The notes: generated by a model from the sequence alone, not told the origin. A stretch of 25,637 bases of DNA from Candidatus Omnitrophota bacterium (GCA_043803685.1 JAZDJU010000008.1:1-25637), one strand, 5' to 3'; counted from the first letter of the stretch, positions 1 to 8,969 are shown. Numbers and translations are program-made.

Positions 1-2244
1 TATCTCTCTCTGGAATTCCTGATCGGACGACTTCTCGGAAATTACATCCTGAACCTCGGCCTCTGGGACCAGTCGCAGAAGGCCCTTGAGGAATTCGGGT
101 TGGATCTGGAGAAGGTTCGTAACGAAGAGGTCGACGCGGGCCTCGGCAACGGTGGCCTGGGCCGTTTGGCCGCGTGTTTTCTTGATTCGATGGCGACGCT
201 CAGGATCCCGGCGCACGGTTACGGGATCCGTTATGATTACGGGATCTTCAACCAGAAGATCGTGAACGGTTACCAGGTGGAATCGCCGGATGAATGGCTC
301 AAGCATGGGAATCCCTGGGAATTCGCTCGTCCGGAATACTCACAGAAGATCAAGTTCTACGGCACGACGAACATGTATCACGATAAAAAAGGGCGGCTCT
401 GCGTTGAGTGGGTGAACACCCAGAACGTGATCGCGATGCCTTACGACACCCCGGTCCCGGGGTATATGAACAACGTGGTGAACACGCTCCGTCTCTGGTC
501 CGCGAAAAGTTCCGAAGAATTCGACTTCGAATATTTTAATGACGGGGACTACGAGCGCGCGGTCTACGACAAGATGTTCTCGGAAAACATCTCCAAGGTC
601 CTCTATCCCAACGACGCGACTTCCATGGGACGCGAGCTCCGGCTCAAGCAGGAGTATTTCTTTACCGCGGCCTCGATCGCGGACATCATCCGCCGTTTCA
701 AAGAGGATAACGCGCTTTTCAAGAGCTTTCCCGAAAAGGCCGCGATCCAGTTAAACGACACCCATCCGTCGCTCGCGATCGTGGAATTCATGCGCATTCT
801 TCTGGATGAAGAGCAAATGGATTGGGATACGGCCTGGGATCTCACGATCCGGACCTTTGCCTACACCAATCACACCGTGATGCCCGAGGCGCTCGAGTGC
901 TGGCCCGCGCCCCTGTTCGAAAAATTGTTGCCGCGGCACATGCAGATCGTCTATGAGATCAACGGACGTTTTCTGAAGGAGCTCGCGGCCCAGTATCCCG
1001 GGGATCACGACCGCCTTGCGCGGATGTCCCTGATCGAGGAAGGGAACCCCAAAAGGATCCGTATGGCTTATGTGGCGATCATCGGGTCCCACTCGGTGAA
1101 TGGAGTTTCCGAGTTGCATTCTCAGCTTTTGAAGGAGCAGCTCTTCAAGGATTTCTACGAGGTTTTCCCAGAAAAATTCAATAACAAAACGAACGGGATC
1201 ACCCACCGTCGGTGGCTCATGAAGGCGAACCATCCGCTAGCTGATCTCATCACGGAAGCGATCGGGAAGGGTTGGGAAAAGGACCTTTCCCATCTTGAAA
1301 AATTGATCCCGCTCAAGAGCGACCGTCTTCTCAAGAAAAAATGGCAGCAGGTGAAAGTGGAAAACAAAAAGCGCCTTGCCGAACTTATTCACACCGAGAC
1401 CGGGATCCGGGTCAACACGGATTCCATGTTCGATGTCCAGGTGAAGCGCATTCACGAGTATAAACGGCAGACCCTTTTCATCCTTTACGCGATCTCCCAG
1501 TATCTGAAGCTCCGGGAGAATCCGGGCGCGACTCTCACGCCGCGGACGTTCATTTTTTCCGGGAAAGCCGCGCCGGGCTATTTTCTCGCGAAGCTCATTA
1601 TCAAGTTCATCAACAATGTCGCGAACGTGATCAATCACGATAAAGCGAATAAAGACAAGTTTAAGGTCGTGTTCCTCGAAAATTACCGCGTGTCTCTGGC
1701 CGAAAAGATCTTTCCGGCGAGCGACCTCTCGGAGCAGATCTCCACGGCCGGGACGGAGGCTTCCGGGACCGGGTGCATGAAATTCATGATGAACGGAGCT
1801 CTGACGGTTGGGACCTACGACGGCGCCAATATCGAGATCGCCGAAGAGGCGGGGGATGAGAATGTCTATATGTTCGGGCTCAAGGCGCAAGAGGCCCTGA
1901 AAATAAAATACGAAGGATACGACCCTCAGAAATTCATCCGCCAGTCGCCCGCGTTGGCGCAGATCTTCCAGATGATCCAGAGTAATTTCTTTTCGCCGAT
2001 GGAATCCGGTATTTTTGACCCGCTTGTTCACAATCTGAGCGTGGTCGATCCTTTCATGGTTTGCGCGGATTTTGAGGCTTATTGCGCTGTGCAGGACCGG
2101 ATCTCGGAGGATTATCAGGACCAGGACACGTGGACTGAGAAGGCCATTCTCAATGTGGCGAAGTCGGGGAAATTCTCAAGTGATCGCACGATCGCTGAAT
2201 ACGCCAAAGAGATCTGGAATATCCCCGTCCAACCTTCCAAGTAG
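1..2244 (+). CDS. glgP: Glycogen/starch/alpha-glucan phosphorylase, 5'-truncated by the window edge
   Basis: Frame 1 is open from base 1 (YLSLEFLIGRLLGN...), so the gene starts upstream of the window, not at 100. Motifs: GLGNGGLGRLAACFLDS, LRLKQEYFF, QLNDTHP, KRIHEYKRQ, EASGTGCMK (PLP lysine region), FSSDRTI. Confidence 0.97.
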   Translation, partial: YLSLEFLIGRLLGNYILNLGLWDQSQKALEEFGLDLEKVRNEEVDAGLGNGGLGRLAACFLDSMATLRIPAHGYGIRYDYGIFNQKIVNGYQVESPDEWLKHGNPWEFARPEYSQKIKFYGTTNMYHDKKGRLCVEWVNTQNVIAMPYDTPVPGYMNNVVNTLRLWSAKSSEEFDFEYFNDGDYERAVYDKMFSENISKVLYPNDATSMGRELRLKQEYFFTAASIADIIRRFKEDNALFKSFPEKAAIQLNDTHPSLAIVEFMRILLDEEQMDWDTAWDLTIRTFAYTNHTVMPEALECWPAPLFEKLLPRHMQIVYEINGRFLKELAAQYPGDHDRLARMSLIEEGNPKRIRMAYVAIIGSHSVNGVSELHSQLLKEQLFKDFYEVFPEKFNNKTNGITHRRWLMKANHPLADLITEAIGKGWEKDLSHLEKLIPLKSDRLLKKKWQQVKVENKKRLAELIHTETGIRVNTDSMFDVQVKRIHEYKRQTLFILYAISQYLKLRENPGATLTPRTFIFSGKAAPGYFLAKLIIKFINNVANVINHDKANKDKFKVVFLENYRVSLAEKIFPASDLSEQISTAGTEASGTGCMKFMMNGALTVGTYDGANIEIAEEAGDENVYMFGLKAQEALKIKYEGYDPQKFIRQSPALAQIFQMIQSNFFSPMESGIFDPLVHNLSVVDPFMVCADFEAYCAVQDRISEDYQDQDTWTEKAILNVAKSGKFSSDRTIAEYAKEIWNIPVQPSK

Positions 2245-2251
2245 GTCCCGA

Positions 2252-3619
2252 TCAATCCTTCCAGGGGAACCGCTTCAGAAAAGACAGAACGCTCCAGTTC
2301 CGTCCTTTTTCTAAAAGGGGAGTGATCCCGACAACGCTGAAGAACAGTTCCACGCTTGAAACTTTTTGTGTCGCCGGGCGCACTTCGTGGAAATGGCGAG
2401 AGAGCAGGAAATGGGAGAGAAAACGCAGGACCGCCGAGATCGCGAAAAGGGTCAGGATCCTGGAACCGTTCAGCATGGGAAGTCGCTCCGCAAGATACCC
2501 GCCCAGTCCCGCCCCGATGAATGTGGCGATCCCATTAATGAAGCCGAAATATCCGAGGCAGCGCATTCGTTTGCCAGGGCTCACCGCGTCATAAATGAAA
2601 TTCAGGGAACACAGGTTGAAGCCGCCCCACACGAATCCCGCGAAGATCTCGATCGCGAAAAGATAAGCAAGGTTCGACGAAAAGATCCAGAGGAGCGGGA
2701 TCAGGGGGATCAAGAGGCTTGTCGCTTTGAGCACGCGGGCGTTCCCGATCTTGTCGGCGTGTCTTCCCCAGATCGGGAACGAGACCAGGCTTGCCACCAC
2801 AGCGCCCATATGGATGGACATGTAGGTGAGGTAGCTGAAGTGGAGGTCCTGGAGCATGTAGACGCTGAAATAAGGCGCGGCGAGCGTTGTGGCGAACGTG
2901 ATGCTCGCGACATAAAAAACGAACTTCACAAAATTACTTTCCCGGAAGCGTCTCAAAAACATAAAGAACGTGAACCGGTCTCCCGGCTTGTGAAGTTCTG
3001 GGACATCCTGCATACGGGTCATCAGACCTGAGGAAACAAAGCGCGCGAGGGCCGTGGCTCCGAAGAGGATACAAAAACCGGCGCCTGTGGAGAAAGCCTT
3101 AAAGGCTGTAAGCAAGATCCCTCCCAGAACGGTCGTGATCATTCCGGCGATCCCTGTGACGCGCGATCGCCAACCGAAGTATTGGCCTCGTTCTTCCGGG
3201 GCGAGGTAGTCGCTCGTGAGTCCTCCCCAGATCGTGGCGATGAGGTTCGCGAGGACCCGGAACAGAGTGACGCAAAAAATAAGAGCCAGGATCCGCGAAT
3301 GAAAGAAGAAGAAAGGGAAGATCGCCAGGGGTAGCAGGAAAAGAGCCTGAAGGAGTGTCGCGCGCACCAGGAAACGGAGACGGCTCCCGAAGAGCTCCAC
3401 GATCTTGACCGCGAAAAATTGTGAAAAAGAACCCAAAAGGTGAGGGATCGCCACCAGAAAGCCAATGTCCATCGGGGTGGCTCCGAGAAAGAGGCCGAGC
3501 GGGATCAGATATTCGTCCGTCGACGCTTGCATGACGGTTGCGGCGATCCCTTCCTTCCATGAGACGTCCAGGCTCTTGCGGAAAGGATGTTGGGAAAAAT
3601 AAGCCGGCAACTTGAGCAT
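2252..3619 (-). CDS. MFS transporter, substrate unknown
   Basis: 455 aa with about 12 hydrophobic segments. Contains an MFS motif-A-like WGRHADKIGNARVL and the loop signatures LAPEERGQYFG and VSPGKRMRCLG. Confidence 0.88.
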   Translation of the reverse strand: MLKLPAYFSQHPFRKSLDVSWKEGIAATVMQASTDEYLIPLGLFLGATPMDIGFLVAIPHLLGSFSQFFAVKIVELFGSRLRFLVRATLLQALFLLPLAIFPFFFFHSRILALIFCVTLFRVLANLIATIWGGLTSDYLAPEERGQYFGWRSRVTGIAGMITTVLGGILLTAFKAFSTGAGFCILFGATALARFVSSGLMTRMQDVPELHKPGDRFTFFMFLRRFRESNFVKFVFYVASITFATTLAAPYFSVYMLQDLHFSYLTYMSIHMGAVVASLVSFPIWGRHADKIGNARVLKATSLLIPLIPLLWIFSSNLAYLFAIEIFAGFVWGGFNLCSLNFIYDAVSPGKRMRCLGYFGFINGIATFIGAGLGGYLAERLPMLNGSRILTLFAISAVLRFLSHFLLSRHFHEVRPATQKVSSVELFFSVVGITPLLEKGRNWSVLSFLKRFPWKD

Positions 3620-3662
3620 GCGTTGGATCTTCTATTTTGTTCTACGGTTTCATGAGAGAACG

Positions 3663-3672
3663 TGGTTATAAT
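3663..3672 (+). promoter_or_regulatory. Putative sigma70 -10 element for the kinase/response regulator pair
   Basis: Perfect TATAAT at 3667-3672 in the 79-bp divergent gap. No convincing -35 found. Confidence 0.45.
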
Positions 3673-3698
3673 AGCACACTCACATTCGGAGAGAAAAG

Positions 3699-6092
3699 AT
3701 GAGTCCTCGTCGTGCGGGAAAAAGCGATCACCGGTCCCGGAAAGTCTCTTGCCCTGCTTCCAAGAAAACCCAAACCTCTCTCAGATCCCGGACCCTTCAC
3801 AAACGGAACGGCGATGCCATTTTTCAGGAAGAACGGCAGAACTGGAAAGCTGTTTTCGACAGTTCGCAGGACGGCGTCATGATCGCGGACATCGCCCGGA
3901 AGAAGTTCCTGAGTTGTAACAAAACGATCACAAAGATGCTGGGCTTTCCGGAATCAGAGCTACTCGGTTTATCCGCCAAGGACATCCATCCGCCCCAGGA
4001 ACTGAAGCGTGCCCTGACGGGTTTCAACCTTCTTGCCCGCGGTCAAGCGTCCGTTGTGAGCGATATCCCGATGAGACGCAAGAACGGAAGTATCTTTTAC
4101 GCGGATATCAGCGGTTCCCGCGTGAATTTTTTCGGTCGCAAATGCCTGGTCGGTTTTTTTCGCGATATCACTGAGCGCAAACGGGCGGAAGAAGAAGTCC
4201 GGCAGGCGCTTTCCCTGAAGCGGGCCACTTTGGAATCCACGGCGGACGGGATCCTCGTGGTGGACGGCGTGACGGGTAAGGTCATGGATTTTAATGACCG
4301 GTTCTGCCAATTATGGAAGGTCCCAAGGACGGTCCTTCGGTACCGGGAAGACAAGAAGCTATTGCGATACGTTCTGTCCCAGATGAAAGATCCCGTTCGC
4401 TTTCTCTCAAAGGTGAAGGAACTCTACCGGTATCCCCGGAGGAACAGTTTTGATGTTCTGGAATTTAAGGACGGAAGGATTTTTGAACGCTACTCGCATC
4501 CCCAACTTTTGGATGGCAGGCCGGTAGGGAGGGTTTGGAGTTTTCGCGACGTGACTCAGCATAAACGTGTGGAAGCGGATCTCCAGGCCAGCGAACAGCG
4601 TTACCGCGGTATTTTTGAATTTTCTCACGACGCCATGATGACCCTGGAACCGCCTTCCTGGAAGTTCACTACCGCTAATATCTCGATGGTCCGAATGTTT
4701 CGCGCGAAGAATGCGGCCCAACTGTTTTCTCATAGCCCTTGGGCCCTGTCGCCTGCGTGGCAGCCGGGTGGCCGCGCTTCTGCCGAAAAGGCCAAGGAGA
4801 TGATCGGGACTGCGATCCGAAAAGGTTCTCACTTTTTCGAATGGACTCACCGGCGGCTTGACGGCACCACGTTTCCTGCCGAAGTTCTATTGACCAAAAT
4901 GGAGAGAGACGGGGGAGTGTTGCTTCAGGCGACGGTGAGGGATATCACCGAGCGCAAGAAGGCCGAGGATTTTCTCAGGGAACACCGTCATCAACTCTCA
5001 CAGGTCATTGATACCGTGCCGCATATGATCTTTGCTGAGGACGGGGCGGGCCGGTTCTTGCTGGTGAATCGCGCGGTGGCTCGCGCGTACGGTGTCGAGC
5101 CCCGGGAGCTCGTCGGAGCCCGGAGGCAGGATGTCCATAAGGTTCGCGAGGAAGCTAAGGGTTATATCAAGGTCAACAGGAACGTCTTGGCGAACGATAC
5201 GGCTCAGGTTCTTCCCGGGGAATTTTTCACGGATGCTCATGGGAAAAAGCATATTCTCCAGACGATCCGGATCCCGTTTAAGATGGTGGGTGCTGAGAAG
5301 AAATGCATTCTGGGGGTCTCCGTGGACGTCACGGAACAGAAGAAGGTCGAGGAATTCCGCAACGATATTGTGCGGACGGTGTCCCATGAGCTTCGCACGC
5401 CTCTTTCGATCCAGAAGGAGGGGATCAGTCTTCTGATGGATGGGGTCGCGGGGCCGGTCAACGCGGGGCAAAAAGAGGTGCTCGTTGCGGTCATGCGAAA
5501 CATCGATCGCTTGGCGCGTATGATCACGAGTCTTCTGGATATATCAAGTATCGAAAGCGGTCAGATCAAACTTTCGAAGCAGGTGGTGGACTTGACGGTC
5601 CTTGTGAAGGAAGTGGTCGGCGGTTTTAAAGGGCGCGCCGGTGAGAAGGCTATCGACCTTAGTGTTAAATTGCCTCTGGGACCTATCTCTGTTCTTGCGG
5701 ACCCGGACAAGATCGCGCAGGTCCTGAGCAATATGGTCGACAATGCTCTCAAATTCACCGCCGGAAAAGGGACGGTCGAGGTTTTCTTGACCGCGCGGAA
5801 AAGGGACGTAGAATGCGAGGTGCGGGACAGCGGTATTGGGATCGCGCCGGAGCATCTTGGAAGGCTGTTTGAAAAATTCCAGCAGTTCGCGCGGACGGTT
5901 GGGCCGGGAGAGAAGGGTTTCGGGCTTGGACTTTCGATCGCCAAGGGGATCATCGATCTGCACGGGGGCCGGATACGGGTCCAAAGCAAACTGGGCCAAG
6001 GGACCCGGGTAGCGTTTTTGCTACCGCTCTATAGTACGGAAGAATCCCGTCATCCGGCAGGCGAGCCTGTTCATCATGCAAAGGAGGATTGA
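3699..6092 (+). CDS. Cytoplasmic multi-PAS sensor histidine kinase (about 4 PAS/PAC + HisKA + HATPase)
   Basis: Four PAC ends (RDITERK, RDVTQHK, RDITERK, VDVTEQK), H-box VSHELRTPL, N-box SNMVDNALKF, G1 DSGIGI, G2 GFGLGLSI. No transmembrane segment. The exact start is uncertain. Confidence 0.95.
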   Translation: MSPRRAGKSDHRSRKVSCPASKKTQTSLRSRTLHKRNGDAIFQEERQNWKAVFDSSQDGVMIADIARKKFLSCNKTITKMLGFPESELLGLSAKDIHPPQELKRALTGFNLLARGQASVVSDIPMRRKNGSIFYADISGSRVNFFGRKCLVGFFRDITERKRAEEEVRQALSLKRATLESTADGILVVDGVTGKVMDFNDRFCQLWKVPRTVLRYREDKKLLRYVLSQMKDPVRFLSKVKELYRYPRRNSFDVLEFKDGRIFERYSHPQLLDGRPVGRVWSFRDVTQHKRVEADLQASEQRYRGIFEFSHDAMMTLEPPSWKFTTANISMVRMFRAKNAAQLFSHSPWALSPAWQPGGRASAEKAKEMIGTAIRKGSHFFEWTHRRLDGTTFPAEVLLTKMERDGGVLLQATVRDITERKKAEDFLREHRHQLSQVIDTVPHMIFAEDGAGRFLLVNRAVARAYGVEPRELVGARRQDVHKVREEAKGYIKVNRNVLANDTAQVLPGEFFTDAHGKKHILQTIRIPFKMVGAEKKCILGVSVDVTEQKKVEEFRNDIVRTVSHELRTPLSIQKEGISLLMDGVAGPVNAGQKEVLVAVMRNIDRLARMITSLLDISSIESGQIKLSKQVVDLTVLVKEVVGGFKGRAGEKAIDLSVKLPLGPISVLADPDKIAQVLSNMVDNALKFTAGKGTVEVFLTARKRDVECEVRDSGIGIAPEHLGRLFEKFQQFARTVGPGEKGFGLGLSIAKGIIDLHGGRIRVQSKLGQGTRVAFLLPLYSTEESRHPAGEPVHHAKED

Positions 6093-6096
6093 AGTC

Positions 6097-6474
6097 ATGT
6101 CTGAGGTGAAGAAAAAGATCCTCTTTATGGACGACGAGCCGGACCAGATCACGATGGTCTCTCTGCGGCTTGCGAAGAATGGTTACACAGTCGTCTCAGC
6201 CTCGGACGGAGAAGAAGGTCTCAAAAAAGCTGTGGAAGAAAAGCCCGATCTTATTCTGATGGATGTGCTGATGCCCGGGCTTGACGGTTTCGAAGTTTGC
6301 CGGAGACTCCGGAAGAACCCTGTGACAAAACATATCCCGATCATTTCCACCACCGCTGCGGGCGTGGATGACATTGAAGCGCAATGTCTCGCGGCTGGCG
6401 CAGATGCCTGCGTTCGCAAACCCTACGATTCCGCGGACCTTCTCTCGAAGATCCGCCAGTTCCTCAAAAAATAG
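6097..6474 (+). CDS. Single-domain response regulator (receiver only)
   Basis: KILFMDDE, DLILMDVLMP (phospho-Asp), conserved T and KP. Start moved to ATG 6097 because SD AAGGAGG lies at 6081-6087. Confidence 0.93.
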   Translation: MSEVKKKILFMDDEPDQITMVSLRLAKNGYTVVSASDGEEGLKKAVEEKPDLILMDVLMPGLDGFEVCRRLRKNPVTKHIPIISTTAAGVDDIEAQCLAAGADACVRKPYDSADLLSKIRQFLKK

Positions 6475-6600
6475 GATTTTGTGAACCCTGAGCTTGGATG
6501 AACAAAGCAGGTCTCGGGTTTCTTGAACGCGTAATAGAGCGGAAGCCATAACCCCTTCATTCGCGAAAATATTTTGCTTCCTGGGAGTTACCCCTCCACG

Positions 6601-6807
6601 TAGAATACGGTGCTTTTGAACCAAGCAGATATCAGGTCTTTCGGGGGAGATGTCTAGGGGCGAAGGGGGAAATCCGCGGTGTTTTCGTGGATCTTTGCTC
6701 ATCTTGTCTAATGCCGGGCTTTCGAGTCGCAGTGCAATGTCCGGCCATCTTTCTTCGTAAGTCCCCGATATCAGATTCCTCAAAAACTTTCACCCGGGGA
6801 GGCAAGT
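6601..6807 (+). promoter_or_regulatory. Putative -10 (TAGAAT 6601-6606) and long structured 5' leader (riboswitch-like candidate)
   Basis: Complementary segments found by eye: 6643-6652/6746-6755, 6658-6665/6693-6700, 6672-6678/6686-6692, 6713-6717/6741-6745, plus a UUCG loop at 6721-6724. TCCCCG at 6762-6767 is complementary to CGGGGA at 6795-6800, which overlaps the SD. Confidence 0.45.
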
Positions 6808-8418
6808 ATGAATCTTCAAAGACCGAACGCGAATGACGCCACGCGTACCGCCAACCGCTCCAAAGACATTGCTCCGCAAAGTGGTATTTGTACCCGGTGT
6901 GTGGATGGATGCCGGGGCAATTGCGAAGTTTTCAAAGCTACGTTTCGTTCACGGGAACTCATTTATCCGGGACCTTTCGGAGATGTGACGGCTGGCGGCG
7001 ACAAGGACTATCCGATCGATTATTCCCATCTCAATATCCACGGGTACGCGCTCGGCTGTAAGGGGCTGCCCAAGGGGACGGCAGGGAATTCCGATACCGC
7101 GCGGTTTCCGGACGTCAATACCGAGACCGAATATGGTTGGGATCGCAAGGTCAAGATGGACGTCCCTGTTTTTACGGGCGCATTGGGCTCGACAGAGATC
7201 GCGCGCAAGAACTGGGAACACTTCGCGGTGGGCGCTGCTATTTCCGGCATGACGATCGTGTGCGGTGAGAACGTCTGCGGCATCGATCCGAAGCTGGTCC
7301 TGAACAAGGACAAAAAGGTCAAGGAAGCTCCGGATATGGACCGCCGGATCGAAACTTACAAGCGCTATTATCGCGGCAAAGGCGAGATCCTCATCCAGAT
7401 GAACGTGGAAGATACGCGCCTGGGTGTCGCGGAATATATCCTCAACGAGCACAAGATCGAAACGATCGAATTGAAGTGGGGGCAGGGCGCAAAGTGTATT
7501 GGCGGCGAGATCAAGGTGAACACGCTGGAACGCGCGCTGGAACTCCAGAGGCGCGGTTATATCGTGACGCCCGATCCATCGGATCCGGTGAACCAGGCCG
7601 CTTTCAAGGACGGCGCCATCAAGGAATTCGAGCGGCACAGTCGTCTCGGATTCATTGGGGAAGAAGAGTTCTACAAGGAGGTCGCGAGACTTCGCAAGCT
7701 CGGGTTTAAACGCATTACGCTCAAAACCGGCGCGTACGGTTTGCGGGAGTTGGCGATGGCGCTCAAGTGGGGTTCCAAGGCCAAGATCGATCTTCTCACG
7801 ATCGACGGGGCTCCGGGCGGCACGGGGATGAGTCCGTGGCGCATGATGGAAGAGTGGGGGATGCCCTCGATCTATCTCCATTCCGCGGCCTATGAGTTCG
7901 CGGAGATCCTTCGCAAGAAGGGTGAGCGTGTTCCCGATCTTGCGTTCGCGGGCGGTTTTTCAACGGAAGATCATATCTTCAAGTGCTTGTCCCTGGGAGC
8001 GCCGTACGTGAAAGCGGTCTGTATGGGACGCGCGCTCATGATCCCCGGGATGGTCGGAAAGAATATCGGCCATTGGATCGAAGGGAACGATCTTCCGAAG
8101 ACCGTCAGCGATTTCGGGACCACACCGGAGCAGATATTCGTTTGCTACGAAGAGGTCATGAAGCTTGTCGGGAAGAACGAGATCAAAAAGATCCCGCTCG
8201 GAGCGATCGGGATCTATAGTTACGCGCAGAAACTCAAAGTGGGTCTCCAGCAGCTGATGGCCGGGGCGCGGTGTTTTGATGTGCCTTCGATCAGCCGTAA
8301 GGAGTTGATGTCCCTGACCGATGAATGCGCGAAGGTCACTGGGATCCCGTACCTCATGGAGTCTTATCGCAGTGAGGCGCTAGCGGTTCTGAAGGGCGGT
8401 AAAGCCGGTAAGAAGTAA
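6808..8418 (+). CDS. Stand-alone FMN-binding glutamate synthase family protein
   Basis: IELKWGQGAKCIGGE, ITLKTG, TIDGAPGGTG, AFAGG, KCLSLGA and CMGRA match the GltS FMN barrel. N-terminal CxxCxxxCxxxC. SD GGGGAGG at 6796-6802. Confidence 0.88.
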   Translation: MNLQRPNANDATRTANRSKDIAPQSGICTRCVDGCRGNCEVFKATFRSRELIYPGPFGDVTAGGDKDYPIDYSHLNIHGYALGCKGLPKGTAGNSDTARFPDVNTETEYGWDRKVKMDVPVFTGALGSTEIARKNWEHFAVGAAISGMTIVCGENVCGIDPKLVLNKDKKVKEAPDMDRRIETYKRYYRGKGEILIQMNVEDTRLGVAEYILNEHKIETIELKWGQGAKCIGGEIKVNTLERALELQRRGYIVTPDPSDPVNQAAFKDGAIKEFERHSRLGFIGEEEFYKEVARLRKLGFKRITLKTGAYGLRELAMALKWGSKAKIDLLTIDGAPGGTGMSPWRMMEEWGMPSIYLHSAAYEFAEILRKKGERVPDLAFAGGFSTEDHIFKCLSLGAPYVKAVCMGRALMIPGMVGKNIGHWIEGNDLPKTVSDFGTTPEQIFVCYEEVMKLVGKNEIKKIPLGAIGIYSYAQKLKVGLQQLMAGARCFDVPSISRKELMSLTDECAKVTGIPYLMESYRSEALAVLKGGKAGKK

Positions 8419-8431
8419 TCCGTCTTTTATG

Positions 8432-8472
8432 GAGAGGCGACCCCGGGCTCGAAAGGGGTCGCCTCTCTTTTT
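8432..8472 (+). terminator. Intrinsic terminator after the GltS-like gene
   Basis: Perfect 13-bp stem GAGAGGCGACCCC (8432-8444) / GGGGTCGCCTCTC (8455-8467), followed by TTTTT. Confidence 0.88.
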
Positions 8473-8473
8473 C

Positions 8474-8502
8474 TTGACAAATGATACAATGATGGTATCA
8501 TT
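8474..8502 (+). promoter_or_regulatory. Sigma70 promoter of the Rrf2 operon with an overlapping 23-bp palindromic operator
   Basis: TTGACA at 8474-8479, 16-bp spacer, extended -10 TGg-TATCAT at 8493-8501. Inverted repeat AATGATAC-N7-GTATCATT at 8480-8502. Confidence 0.8.
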
Positions 8503-8507
8503 CACGC

Positions 8508-8969
8508 ATGAAACTTATCACGCGCAACACCGATTATGCGATGCGGGCTCTTTGCTATATCGCTCAGCAGGGCAGCCCCTCGGTCTCCGCGGCCGAGATG
8601 GTGGAGCGGCTCAGGATCCCGCGCCCGTTCCTGCGGAAGATCCTGCAGGTCTTAAGCGGCGAAGGCATCCTGAGGTCGACCAAGGGACAGGGAGGCGGTT
8701 TCTCTTTAGCTTATGCGAAGGAGAAAGTTCTGCTGACGGATCTGATACGGATCTTCCAGAACACGATCCAGTTAAACGAATGTGTTTTTAAGAAAAAGGT
8801 ATGTCCGAACCGGAGTACCTGTATGTTGAAAAAAGAGATCGATTCGATCGAGAAAGATGTGCTTGAGCGGCTTCACAAGATCTCGATCGCTTCATTAGTG
8901 GTTGGCGGGAGCGGTTCACGCCCGCGCGAGAAAGGAAAACGTCATGGCCATTCTACAAGCGGGCGCTGA
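8508..8969 (+). CDS. Rrf2 family transcriptional regulator, NsrR-like, predicted Fe-S binding
   Basis: TDYAMRAL, LRKILQVL, STKGQGGGFSL (winged helix) and a C-terminal C-X6-C-X5-C (8781-8822). Confidence 0.93.
   Translation: MKLITRNTDYAMRALCYIAQQGSPSVSAAEMVERLRIPRPFLRKILQVLSGEGILRSTKGQGGGFSLAYAKEKVLLTDLIRIFQNTIQLNECVFKKKVCPNRSTCMLKKEIDSIEKDVLERLHKISIASLVVGGSGSRPREKGKRHGHSTSGR

Noticed and set aside
100..2244. ORF-track start of glgP at 100
   Set aside because: The frame is open from base 1 and encodes the conserved YLSLEFLIGR motif, so the true start lies upstream of the window.
6563..6577. Near-palindrome GCGAAAATATTTTGC upstream of the GltS-like promoter
   Set aside because: Mostly an AT core. 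It does not match the GlnR/TnrA, NtrC or NrpR boxes as I know them, and I saw no sigma54 -24/-12 motif.
6650..6760. Possible 36-aa leader peptide (MSRGEGGNPRCF...) in the GltS-like leader
   Set aside because: The purine run abuts the ATG with no SD spacing, and there is no run of Glu/Gln codons suggesting attenuation. Not fully excluded without ribosome profiling.
6196..6783. 195-aa minus-strand ORF
   Set aside because: It overlaps the response regulator antisense, has no recognisable motif, and the region is better explained as a + strand leader.
8429..8791. 120-aa alternative-frame ORF over the Rrf2 gene
   Set aside because: It starts across a terminator and promoter and overlaps a clear Rrf2 CDS out of frame.
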